Positions 51,716-64,000 of a stretch of 64,000 nt of DNA are shown here, piece after piece. A program made the position numbers and the translations under genes. Where the stretch lies: NCBI GenBank assembly GCA_028023455.1, contig JAQFVV010000011.1, positions 2,294,001 to 2,358,000 of the forward strand, given 5' to 3'. Position 1 is the stretch's first letter; every line of letters begins with the position of its first letter. A model generated the notes under the pieces. The model ran no database searches. It was not told where the DNA came from and worked only from the letters and a program-made list of their open reading frames with translations. The stretch is from Epiperipatus broadwayi (taxonomy: Eukaryota; Animalia; Onychophora).

Positions 51716-54700
51716 TAAATATTAAAATACATAAATTAATTAAATGTCTTTATCAACTTTCAACACTGGTGAATAACTTATTAGGTTATTTGACTTATAG
51801 CCAACTTAGTTAAACATTATAATAGGATATTTTTATTACTATTTAGGGATGTTTCATATTTAAGTGGAAACTTAACCTATGATTCTTTTTACTTTTACTA
51901 AAAAAATATTATTTCCTCTCAAGTATTAATTTCTCTATGCAGACATTATTTACAGAACCTTAAACTTGGTTCACAAAAATATCTAACAATTTTTTAAAGA
52001 TTAATAAGATAATATCTTAAAGAATGGCCTAACAACATATTGTATAAAATACAATATTTACCATCAATCTGACTTTATTAATACTACCTACCTAACAATA
52101 TAATGCACTTACCACTCATCAAAAAATTAAAATAAGAGAGAGCCAGAATGAAATCTGAGTCCCATTCAATCATCAAGCTATCATTCATGTAAATTAATAT
52201 GCCACCATGACTAAGTAATAGAGGCTTAAAAGTCAATGATAATAATTAAAATTCAACAAATATTTAATAGATAAATAAATATTTAATAATATTTTAATAA
52301 AAATTACTTACAATAAATAAATAAATATATACACACACTATTCAAAACTAATTATTCCTGAAATGAAAGAAAAGAAAACACAACTTACTTACACATTCAT
52401 TTTGCATTAAAGGTTCATAGACGAAAAAATCATAGATTTCATTAATATATTCTTGATATCAGAAGTATAATTGATAAGTTAGGACTGAGTTTTAAGTTCT
52501 TTTTGATAAAATTATAAAATGTAAAGCATTTGACTTTTTTTTTATGATTATTAAATCTACTGCCCATGTTTGTGATGGCAGAATGCCATATTAAAAAATC
52601 AATTTTTTAACATTATAAAAAGTAAAAAAATACATTGTAATACTAAATAAAGACAGGTAGTTGTGACTTTTTAATATGACATTCTACTGTTGCAAACACC
52701 CTCTGCCTCCACTAGAGAAAGATACAGCAGAATATAGTTGCACACACATTGCAGGTCTAATACATAAATACATAATTGTTAATAGATTTCACCAATATTT
52801 TTTTTCATTAGGTCTTGTTGAATTATATTTTCTCTTAATATTAGCAGGTTTAAATTTTTCACAATAATTTGATCACTAAATACATAACTAGTCTGGAAAA
52901 CAAAAGGCTGCCTACAGAATATGGGTGAATACAAGTTTGATAGAAATAGTTAATAGAATTATACACAGCTCAATATGCATAGACAGTTGGCTGAGTTAAA
53001 AAGCATATAGTAACTATTTTTAACAGATAAAAAGCTGATGATTATTTGGATGGAATATATTTGATAGATGAAGAATAGTCACCATTCATTTGCTAAGAGT
53101 AAAATGAAAAAAAAAACTGGAATAATACAATAGAGTATCACAACTTTCAAATAGTTTGCTATAATGCAAAGATCTCTCTTATAGCTGCTCCAAAATGAAT
53201 GGTGAGAAAAAGATATTATTTACAAAGCTTGTCATATCATGTAAAAATGATTAAAGTAGCTTTCTTATTATTTTACCCTCTGAATATCCATTTACGGATC
53301 AATGTTGAATAGTTAGTTGAGTTGGCTTTGGATTGAAATGTTGGAAAAAATTCTAAGGCTGTTTGAAAGCAGATTTTTTTTTGTTTTATCCAACACGAAT
53401 TCAAACCTAAAGATTGTGAGCATGGTTGGGAGATGCTATAAATGGCTAACTATACTATGATGTATTTTATAATGATAATCAAAAATGGAAAGCAGATACA
53501 AGTAAATGACAAATATAAATTTTTTTAACAAATTATCTGATATTAAACCAATATTGCAGATTGGTATCAGTAATTCAATATAAAAATAATAAACAAAGTC
53601 AAGCTAAATATTCTAAACGTTGCCAAGATGCTTAACGTTTTTAGATTTAAAAGGTAAATCCCGGCATCATATGTGGCCCAATGGCATGCTTAATCCATGA
53701 TTTCTTCAATCCGTCTTATCTAAAATTCTTGTTATATAAAACTTGTATAAACTTTACTTTAAAAATTATTTTATTTTGGTACGCTTTGTACTAACTACAT
53801 TGTTTGGGGGGGGGGGTTTAAGTGGTGTGTCTTAAAGCAATATCACATAAAGTCCAGTACTCAAGTCTACAGCATATCCACGGGAGTAATTTCACCACTT
53901 CGCATTTAAAATGTCACATTGATTTCTAAAGTCTATTTCTTCTTTAATCCATTCCTTCAGACAGTTATTCTCATATTTACTTTGTAAATCGATCTTCCTG
54001 TTCCATTCGTTTTATTTCAAAAATATATTTTCAAATGGTAAACTGTTATCTTAAATTTATATCCCATTATGAAATTCTCAATAATTAATCGGAAATAATT
54101 CTTTAAAAATTTTAATTTAATGAGGTTAAAAAAAAATCAAGAATTTACTTTGAATAATCATAAAAACGTCTCAATAATTTCTAAATAGAAATGTGGAAAT
54201 TGAAAGTATTGTTTGTTTGGGGGGGAGGGGTTAAAACTAATATCATCTCCAATTCTGCACAATAATTTGTTTCATAATCTCAGAATAAATGGACATTAGA
54301 TTCTTTTCACGCTATGAACAAGATGTTCGTGATTTATAGTCTCCTTTAATGTTTTCAAATTATACTAGAATTCTGTTCATATTTCTTTTATGAAGTTTGA
54401 AAAAAAAAACATTTCAGGTTGGAAACAATCGTAAAAAAAAAGATTAATTATATATTTATCTTGACAATTCTTTATGATTTCAGGCAATCAATTTTTGTGT
54501 GAGTATAGGCATATTCTTTTAATAAATAAACACAATCGAATGGTTTATTGTTTGGGAAATTCGAGCATCGGAAATGACGGAACTGGAGTTCCGATTCATG
54601 GAGTGTGAGTCACAGAATCTGCCGCTATGCCGAATCATACATAAATTATTTTATTTTATAAAAATAAATAAAAGGTAAACGGACTCATAGATATAAATAT

Positions 54701-56162
54701 TGATTAGGGGTTAATTCAAAATTACAATGGAACCAAATCACAACCTTTGAATCTTTAAGCTCTACAGATTGTCGCTATATGTCAATCATACAAGATATGG
54801 GACTTTTGATGTTATGTTAGTATACGCCTACTATTCTAACTGTATGAGTTCAAATTCAGGTACTAATAAATGGTTTTACTGCTTGAGAGTTGTAAGCAGT
54901 TCAAGAGACACCAGTGACAGAGCTGGGCAGAATATATAGACTTTACATTTCAGAATCAGCCAATCAGACACTGCACCAAAGAACGAAGAGAAAATTCAGG
55001 CTTTAACAAGTGCAGTTTGTGGAATAGATCATTAACTAATACCTATAAGATCAAGGTTATAAGTAGGATTTATTCAAATCATATTTTCTACAAACTTTAT
55101 ATTTAATGTTCTGTAGAATTATCTACTATCCATGTTAAATTCAACTGCTATTGAATACTGTAGATTATAATTTGGACTTTCAGGGTAGTAATATTACTGG
55201 ACATGTGTTATGGATACAAATAAATCTATTTTTGATATAAAAACTGGCTGATCCAATGAACCCATTTAACTATTTAATATTGATCAATAAATAAATTTGT
55301 GATTTTTATTTAGAGGGTAAACAAAGACGACTAACTACCCAAATTTAATGGGAAAACATAGAAAATTATGCTATCTTTTTCATTGTTCTCCTATGGATTT
55401 TTTAAAGCATAATTTTCTTATAACTTTTAAACTCTGTTATTCTTTGTGAATGAGTTAACATTTCTTTTGGATAGTAAATGGTACTCATGTATAAAGTGTT
55501 AATAAATACATGAAACATTTGTACTTTTTTATACAAATACATTATTTGTTATTCATTAAAAATGCTCATTAAATTATTGTTTGAAGATTTAACCAATAGA
55601 TGGTGCTGACAAAAGCAATACATTTACCTGTGCTTATGTATATATCTGAGAGGATTGCATTGGGATAGATAACAGAAATATTGCATGTTTTAAAAAATAT
55701 TCATTAAAATTTTTACATTTAATACCATTATTGGTTCTAAAATTATCTGTCTTTATTCTATTTTAACAGAACACAAAGGTGGACTTAACAAGACCATTGA
55801 TGGCTGAAATATTACTACCAAACCTGAATTTGCAATGAATTCATTTGAAAGTTTGTACAGTAACAAACTGGATGTAAACCTAATAATATTTCTATAGTGT
55901 AATTTTTACTACACCACTCTCATGCAAGGTAGAGATCTTGCATGAGAGCAGGGTAGTAAAAATTATGCTATAGAAATATTATTCACGATTGGACAATCTT
56001 CTAATAAAAAATTAATAAAAATTTTGAATGTAGAGCCCAATGCACTGATTGAAAAATGGAGTTCTAAATTAGAGAAATCTTGAGCTTCTTTCTGATATGA
56101 AGCACGGACTATTAATTTGCATTTCTGTAAAGTTTGTGAAGAAAGTAGAAAATCTTCGTCTT

Positions 56163-56262
56163 GCATTGGTGGTTGAGAGGTCAGCGTGACTGCCTTGCAC
56201 TTGCAGGCAGTTTCCCAGGTTGTGGGTTCGCGTCCCGGCCAATGCTATGACACTTAAAAAAA
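56163..56262 (+). mobile_element. tRNA-Gly-derived SINE, TGC subfamily with insertion
   Basis: gcattggtgg...ctgccttgcac...ggttgtgggttcgcgtcccggccaatgctatgacac followed by an A tract. Confidence 0.7.
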
Positions 56263-56995
56263 GTAGAAAATCTTTGCTAATTTGGGCTCATAATCCTGAT
56301 TTAGATAGAAAATGTACATTCAATCAGGTTTGACATTAGTTAGGAATGAAATAATTTTGTAAGCCTTGGTGTAATTCATTTCTGCACTAATTTGAAATTC
56401 CAGGAAATTTAGACAAGATAGCTATTGTTGTGTTGTTAATTATTTGAATGGATATTTGTGGAAAACATAAGACTATCCTCAAGGAATAGAGATTTGTCAA
56501 TTTCTTCTGGGATTATGAACAGAAGTCAGTGCTAAGAAATGAATAAAAAAAGTTATAAATTTTTAAGGCATTGTCAGTGTTGTCCCTTATATTAAAGCTT
56601 TCATTACTTTAAACAGTGGACAGGAACAGGTTACATTTTTGTTTGATGCTATGCTATTTCAATGTATTGCAGTTGCCTATGGTATAGGCTAAAATTGATT
56701 GAAAAAGAACTGTTATACCATAACATGTTGTTTAGTGATATCAAAGGCAATCTGATAATCAGTTCAAGTAACTATGAAACCTACAGATCAATGTAAAATA
56801 TGAAGGTTGAAAATTGGATATGTAAACTTCCTATAAAAAAAATTTTCATCCTATATCCTAACATAGATAACCCCTATTAGGTCAGGACATAGTTCTGCAG
56901 AAGATTGAGAGAGAGAGGCTACTATCTTTATTATTTTTAAAAATGTATGATGATTATATTATAGTTGTAATTATGAGTTGTGCTATTTTCATAAT

Positions 56996-58153
56996 ATCAC
57001 CTGATTACCATTCTTTAGGTTTACACAAGCTGTTTCCATAGAAGCAAAACTCTTCATACAGTAGCCCCATTGAGTGCAAGCGAGAGTAATCAATGGATTC
57101 AGGAAGATTTGGGGATAAAATCTCTATCTATTGCTTACTCATCCAACATCCCCAGACTAGTTTATAGTTTGTCACTTTGCATCTAGATCTTAGAATCTAA
57201 TGCAACCCTGCAGCAGCCACCTTTTACCTAATTAGCTAACTATAAAGCTTTGAGTCCAAAATGAAAATACAATAATGCTTTCAATTTAAGCTCATTAGCT
57301 TGTATAGTTACATAGATCTGAACTCAGCATTCACACTTTTTGGTATCTTTGGTTCTTTAATAACCATAGTCACCAATAATCCTATTGGGAAGCCTTGGTA
57401 TTAAACCACTAAACATGAGCTTGAATTAAAAACATTATTGTGTTTTCATTTTGGACTCAAAGCTTTATTGTTAGCTAATAAGGTAAAAGGTGGCTGCTGG
57501 TGGGTTGCATTTGATCCCAAGATCTAGGTGCAGTGCTCTCAGATCCAATGCTCCTCACTGATGAAAGCCACAAGCTAGAAACTAGTCTAGAGATATCGGA
57601 TGAATAGGCATTAAATAGGAATTTTATGCACAAAATTTGCTGTATTCATTGATTACTCTGTCTTGCATTGGGTGGTGCTACTATATGGAGAGTTTTATCT
57701 CTGTGTAAACAGCTTGTGTAAGAATAAAGAATGGTGATCATGTGATGTTTAGTGGCTTAATACCAATTCTGCACAATAGGGTTATGGTGACTGAGGTAGA
57801 CATCAAAAAGTAAGGATGCTGAACTGAGTTCAGATCTATGTGACTATACAAACTAATGATCTTAAATTAAAAACATCATTGTGTTTTCATTTTAGACTCA
57901 AAGTTTTATAGTTAGCTAATGTAAAATATTCCTGATGGAGGGTTGCATTAGGTCCTAAGATATCCTAATATCTAGGTGCAGTGCTCTCAGATCCAAGGCT
58001 CCTCACTGATAAAAGCCACAAGCTAGAAACTAGTCTGGGTATACTGGATGAGTAGGCACTAGATAGGGATTTTAGGCACAAACCTTTTTGCATCCATTGA
58101 TTATTCTGGTTTGTACTGAGTGGTGCTACTGTATGGAGAGTTCTGCCTCTGTG
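56996..58153. mobile_element. Family A insertion: one inverted monomer plus tandem plus-sense units, 12-bp TSD
   Basis: Minus-sense 56996-57416 and plus-sense 57417-58153, with HHR cores at 57558 (CTGATGA) and 58006 (CTGATAA), 448 bp apart. TSD tattttcataat at 56984-56995 and 58154-58165. Confidence 0.88.
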
Positions 58154-58194
58154 TATTTTCATAATTTAATATTAATTGTTAAATGTTTTTTTAA

Positions 58195-58500
58195 AATTAA
58201 ACTTTATTTGCTTTCCCAAATATATTCAACTGTTAGTACAGAATAGTATATAACACAATGTTTTAGTTATATTATTCTGATTTCTTCTTCAGGTGTTGCT
58301 CGTCTGATCGGTGATATTCACAATCTAAAGATTTCCGCTTTGATTCCCTTGCTAGTACTCTTAGAAGTCATTATATCAATGTCTGAAGAAGAGAGTAGAA
58401 TAACGTTATTCACAACATTGTGTTATATACTAATCCATGTGCTAACACTAACAATTGACTACATTTGGTAAGTTTAAATAAACTTTGAATTTTTCTAAAA
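58195..58500. mobile_element. Family E head-to-head pair (decayed)
   Basis: Minus copy ~58210-58300 (gcaacacctgaagaaga...aaacattgtg) and plus copy ~58305-58500 (aatctaaag...tgctagtact...ctgaagaagag...caacattgtg). Both align to 31450-31630. Confidence 0.65.
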
Positions 58501-60010
58501 ATCTTCTTTACATTTGTTAAGTTAGGTTATTGGTTAAGAAAATGTCATAGATCTAGCAATTCTAGTTAACTCATAATCTAGGACTACGATTGGTTTAATT
58601 TTTTATATTGGCAATGATATGATTAATCAAAAAGGTAGTAACCAGTTTATAACATTTTATTAGGTTGTATAAATTTAGATATGAAACGCTGAGAGACGTC
58701 AGTATGTTTTGTATAGATAAGGGGTGAATACTTTAGGCGTAATTTAGAATATATTTTTACAAAAATATTGAAATAAATCTATTTAATTAATAGATTAGCA
58801 GATTGTTTCACATGTTTGGAGTAAAGGCATTTTCAATAGGCATATCAATTAGAAAGTTATACTATTTGGTCAGAATTATAATTATTATAATTTAATACAA
58901 ATAAACATTTTTTTTGCTATTATAATCAAATAGTTTGCTGCTTTGGAGCCTATATAAAAATTCACTGGAAATTTTGACCCCAGAAATAACACACTCGTAC
59001 TGCAATCCATGGGATTTGACTTCTGAAATATATCATTCTATAGCATCTCTTAAGCAATAAATGACATTTTTGCAATATTTGTTTTACATGTATTGGATAA
59101 GGTGTCCTTGTCAAGTTTGTGTTTGGTAGAGTAGCTTTTCAGTAGACAATAAGAGTTATGAGGATTTTTTTTTGTATTTTAGATCTACATATTCTTGGCA
59201 AGAGATGTCTATTTTTTAAATGTGGGCAAATTATATAATGATTACAGACATGTGGCAGAATGATTTTGCCAGTTGTTTATTTGGATCAGGTAGAAAGAGC
59301 TGGAATCGATTAATTATAGTAGAGGAAGGCCAGTGTTTACAAAGGAATGATTGATGTCAGGTAGAAGTGTAAAGGATAAATTTATACAACTTTAGCAAGT
59401 AAAGAGAGAAGTGGGTTTAAGTTTTCTAAAAAAAATCCTTATTATAATAAAGGTTTAGGATTTGCATCCAACAGAAATCCAAAATGATAAATGATCATTG
59501 TGCTTCCCTTTTTTCAATTAAAAAAATATATGAGGGTTTAATCAAAAGCCAATATGGTAGATGGAAAAAAACAGTGGAATATACAAGTTAGACAAAATGG
59601 CCATACCCTAATGCATGTCTATCTTAATGCTTAAGAAAAGGCATTACTGAATCTATAGATATAAATCAGAGTTTCAGATATTTTTAAAACTGAAAGCAAT
59701 ATTTACATAAGTTATTAAAATATTATAATACAGATTAATTCTTTGATATTATTAGTAGACCACAATTCAGACGCTAAACGTGAAAGCATGATTTTAGCTG
59801 TCAAAGTTATCTTTTGAGCTTATTCAGAAATTTACCTTATTGTGGACATAGATTCTTTATATAAAAAAATTAATGATGAATAATGAAAATTTCTTTGAAA
59901 AAAAGTGATAATGACGATAAAATAAATATAATTATAAAATGACCAAGAAAGCTTTAGTGGAGAACATGGGTTTCAAAATTACAACACAATTTCTTGACAT
60001 TAGAAGAAAA

Positions 60011-60301
60011 AGTTATTAAAACAGGCAAACAGTAGTGCCACTCAGTGCAAGCCAGAGTAATCAATGGATGCCAGAAGGCTTACGTGTTTTCAGATCCAAG
60101 GCACCTCACTGATGAAAGCCACAAGCTAGAAACTAGTTTGGGGATATTGGATGATTAGGCACTAGATAGAGTTTTTATGCACAAGCCTTCTGGCATCCAT
60201 TGATTACTCTGGATTGCACTGAGTGGCACTACAGGATGGAGAGTTTTGCCTGTTTTAATAACAGTTATGAGCAAGCAGAAGAAATGGTGATCATGTGATA
60301 T
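60011..60301. mobile_element. Family A fold-back with HHR in the loop, 11-bp TSD
   Basis: Arm 60012-60081 inverts 60183-60262. HHR 60094-60152: acctca CTGATGA a agc cacaa gct a GAAA ctag TT tgggga. TSD ttagaagaaaa at 60000-60010 and 60302-60312. Confidence 0.88.
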
Positions 60302-60689
60302 TTAGAAGAAAATCTACCTTATTAATAAAAAGAAAAAAATGGTACTATTATTAAAAAAAGGGGTGATATCCTGGATGATGAATTTTATAAAGAATTGTAA
60401 AGAACTACAGCAGAAAGTGCAATTTCAACAACATTTTTTGAATGCACAGTATTTTAATAAAGAACAGAAAATGCAATTAAATCTATAAAAATTAAAAAAA
60501 CAAATAATGGATGCATTGTTGATATTTTAAAAGTATTTGAAAAAGTAAAAAAGCTATGTACTAATTAATATTTACTAGATTATTAAAAAAATTTATTAGT
60601 GATATTAGTATTTATGAAAGAAAATAATTGACCTTATAAATGTATCAATTTTATGCAAAGATCTTCACCAAGATCATTCAAAATGATCA

Positions 60690-60800
60690 AATGATCACTC
60701 AACCTAAACAAAAGATAACTCAAGCCAATCAAAAAATCACTCAAAACAATCAAAAGACCACTCAAAACAATCAAAAGATCACTCAAACCAATCAAAAGAT
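60690..60800 (+). repeat. 21-bp minisatellite (~5 units)
   Basis: Unit caaaagatcactcaaaacaat, which reads as Q-K-I/T-T-Q-x-N heptads in ORF 60640-60861. Confidence 0.8.
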
Positions 60801-60929
60801 TAAACTGGATATTAGTGATTATAGAAATTTAAATCAGTTTAAATATGAAAAGAAATTATAAAAAATATCAAGGAATAATAATATTTATAATGTTTTAAAT
60901 TTGTAATTATGAAAAGGCACTTGTCTGTA

Positions 60930-63000
60930 AAAGCATTTCTGTGATTGAATAAGAGCATTGAAACATCAAGACATAAATCCAGATATTGTCAAATTCTGAA
61001 GAATATTTGTCAAAATACAACAGCAATTTCAAGATTATAAGATAACACAAAAAATTAGCAGTCTAATTTTTTCAAAACTTTTTACAACAGTTGCAGTAAA
61101 TATTATGTGGATTAAAATGAAAGGGAATAAAATGAGTGGAGATTAAGTCATTTAGATGTTGTAGCTGATTTGGCTGTTTTTACAAATAATGCTTCAGAGT
61201 TTTGGGAAATGTTACAAAAGTTATTAGATGAAATCACGAAAGTAAGACTAAATAAATACGACAAAAACTAAAGAAATGTTCAATGATTTTGCACAAGAAA
61301 AAAAAAAGGATTTATAATCATGAATTAGATGTTAATAAGTGCAAAAATAGTGGGCAGATTGTTAATACATATGCGAATGTAATGATTAAAATTAATTACA
61401 ACATAAGAAATTAAAGATTGATAGTAATGAATTACAAGATATCAATTACAAACATCTTGAAAAGAGTATTAATATATACGGAAACATAATGGATAAAATT
61501 AGTCGTAGAATTAAATTTGGGTGGATTTTTTTTTGTAGAATTAAGTTAATATTAAAAGAAAATATGTTTATATTGCATGAAAAAAAAAGTTTTAAAAAAT
61601 GTTGCGTTTTACCAGTGTTTATTTATGGATCAAAAACATGGACACATTAAAAAAAAAAAGTGTTTTACCAGTATTTACTTATGGATCAAAGACTTTCAAA
61701 TATAAAAAAAAAAAAACAATACAAAAATGTCACACAACGCAACTTCCAAGTCTATATGCCAGTTGACCCTACCGACCGACCACCACCTCTCAAACAGGAT
61801 TGGATATCATCCTTAACCTCTGCTTCTCAATGCCTTTACAACTGTCCTGCAACTGCTTATTCTTCCAAAATGAAATACTGGGATGCATATAATCTACAGC
61901 ATCCTCAAACATATTCTCCTATTTCCAGACTTAACTTATCCAACAAGAAAATCATATCACAGTTTAAATTTTGGAGCCTCGAAGCAAAATTCCTGGACTT
62001 CATAATTAAAATAAATCTTGATGCCCTACCAACTAAATGGTTTTTGGTAAACAGAAGAGGATTCAATAACATTGACCCACTATGCCAACTCTGTGGCCGG
62101 GAATCAGAGACATTTGAGCACATTTTAAACATCTGCCCCAATCTCAACAGTATCAGACAATTAATCCACACAAACTCAAAGATCAACTTTCAAATAATTA
62201 ACTCAATCCAGCACTGCCTTGGCACAAAAACATTTGCATGGATAAGACTATCCACATTCCTCACCTTTTCCATCTGGTCCGTCCGCTGCAAGCTAGCCTT
62301 TGAAGGAGCTCATTTAAATCCTCTTCAACTCTTCATTAACATCATCAACAATATCAAAAAAAGGGATGAAATCCTTTCTACCTCTATGGCCTTCTTTGAG
62401 ACATGGAGACTGTTTGAAGTTCCGATACAACAATAATGCAAACACTGCAACAAACCCACATCAAACCCACCATCAAAAAGCAATATATTTATCATCCCTA
62501 TAAATATTCTATGGTCACTCTAAGCATCAACCTGTTGCAGAAACACAATGTCGTTCAATTGAAATACTGCAACCACTATCAATACAAAGTTGTACAAGAT
62601 AGACCAATGTCCACATAATAATACATGCATGAGAACTCTTAACCTTTTAACCAAGCTTAACCTGTTATCCTGTAAATCATAATACTATGTATATTTTGTG
62701 TTAAATAAATTTCTTGATAAAAAAAAGAATAAAAAATGTATGTTATGAGTTATAAGTTGGAATCAAAAGTAAAATACATAGGGGAGAAAACAAGCATATG
62801 GATAAAAGAACAAACATATATTACTGAATCATTAAAAAAAATAAGAAACTAAAATAGAGCTGAGTTGGATATGTTTTTTAGAAAGTATGATAATAAACGG
62901 AGAACTAAAATGATTTAGAAAGTGACCATATAAAGGATGGATAATAAAGTTTCCTGGAGATAAAACACTAATTAGAAAAATTGCATTAAACTATATTATA
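60930..63000 (+). pseudogene. RTE-like LINE remnant split by an L1-like insertion
   Basis: DVVADLAVFTNNASEFWEMLQKL (FADD-like, ~61155) and VLPVFIYGSKTW (~61605). After the insertion come WIKEQT and KLK*S*VGYVFRK (~62800-62890). Confidence 0.6.
61730..62720 (+). mobile_element. 5'-truncated L1/Tx1-like insertion (open C-terminal ORF2 with CCHC, 3' UTR, A tail)
   Basis: PVDPTDRPPPLK...KINLDALPTKWFLVNRRG...CQLCGRESETFEHILNIC is homologous to 3530-4190. AATAAA at ~62704, then an A tract. Degenerate duplication aata(c/a)aaaaatgt on both sides. Confidence 0.85.
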
Positions 63001-64000
63001 GCGAATTAATAATGTTTAAAATTGATGATAATGAAAAAACCTAAAAATAATAATACAAAAAGGCAGAAACAGATACGATAATTAAATATTAAGAAAATAC
63101 AAAAAAGAGATTAAACGTGTAGATAAATATCTATCCAGACAGTTAAACAGATGATAATGTTTGCAAGAGTAATTTTTTAGTTAAATGAATATTACATTTT
63201 TTAACATTTATTAAAAATTAGTTTATAAATTTAAGATACTTTTAAAATTATATTAGCATTGCTAATGAAGATTTGAGCAAAATGTAAAATTATCTTAAAG
63301 GCATTTTAATGTTTAATTTTAAATTATTTATTTCATATTTTAACAATTGCTGTAATAATGATATAATTTATTAATCGTGATTTGCATTACAACTAACATG
63401 TCTGCGTTTCCAGTAATTATTTTCAAGTCATTACCCCTCTATTTATTTCATACAATTACTCAAATATAGTTAGTTGTGATTCGCCTCCACGTGCTGCATA
63501 TTTAAATAATTAAGATGAAAAATATTCTCACTTGATAAAACACCGATGAAAATGACATATAACATTTAACTCTTCATATTTTTTAACGAAGCAAGAAATT
63601 ATAATAATTGATGTTGTTTTATCCATTTTAAAATGGAGAGTTTATAATAAACACGATTTCCCTCTCCCCACATTGTTTAATCTTACTTTCATGTTCTCTA
63701 ACACCTATAGGGTTTAGTTCAGTGGCAGAATGTTATATTCGTGAGCTAAAGGTTTTCTCCGGTACTCATCACACAATTTCCTGAACAACTAACTACTTAA
63801 TTATCTTCTCTAAACATTTCCTTTATATAAATATATATCTGATTTTATTAATTATTTATAATTTCTTTAAAACCATGAGCAAATGGTTCAATAGTTGAAC
63901 AATTTGCTGATGAGAAGATGGCTAATACTTCAATCTAAATTGAGGTTTAAAAAGTATTTATGAGTAAAAGACCAAAGATCATTCTAACAAGCTATTATAG

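Noticed and set aside
63710-63770. tRNA-like A box plus ggttttctccggtactc, a possible SINE relic
   Set aside because: Too degraded. No B box and only a single copy.
63901-63945. aatttg CTGATGA gaag(atggctaata)cttc aatc taaatt, HHR-like
   Set aside because: Lacks GAAA and stem III. It is at best a deleted relic, and there is no second copy to support it.

Overview
Strongly AT-rich eukaryotic, probably animal, repeat-rich DNA. I found no host protein-coding gene that I can support. Decayed autonomous-type elements: a near full-length L1/Tx1-like LINE (255-4395), two more L1-like 3' fragments, several old RTE-like LINE remnants, and a 5'-truncated Penelope-like element (PLE; RT plus GIY-YIG) arranged as a 2.7-kb head-to-head palindrome (35806-38510). 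Short elements include a tRNA-Gly-derived SINE (6 copies). The main hidden signal is a set of small non-coding, retrozyme-like elements carrying type I hammerhead ribozyme (HHR) motifs with short or self-complementary stem III. There are at least four repeat families (A, B, C, E) plus single motifs. Several have unusual cores: a Watson-Crick-swapped AUGAAUA core (A3-U8) at the PLE 3' end and at an independent locus, a CUGAUGU (A9U) core, and a tRNA-head plus HHR SINE-like element. Most of these elements, and the PLE itself, are head-to-head fold-backs with 3' ends outward and 11-16 bp target-site duplications, which suggests one PLE-driven, two-ended insertion mechanism. All alignments and folds were done by eye, and ribozyme activity is untested.
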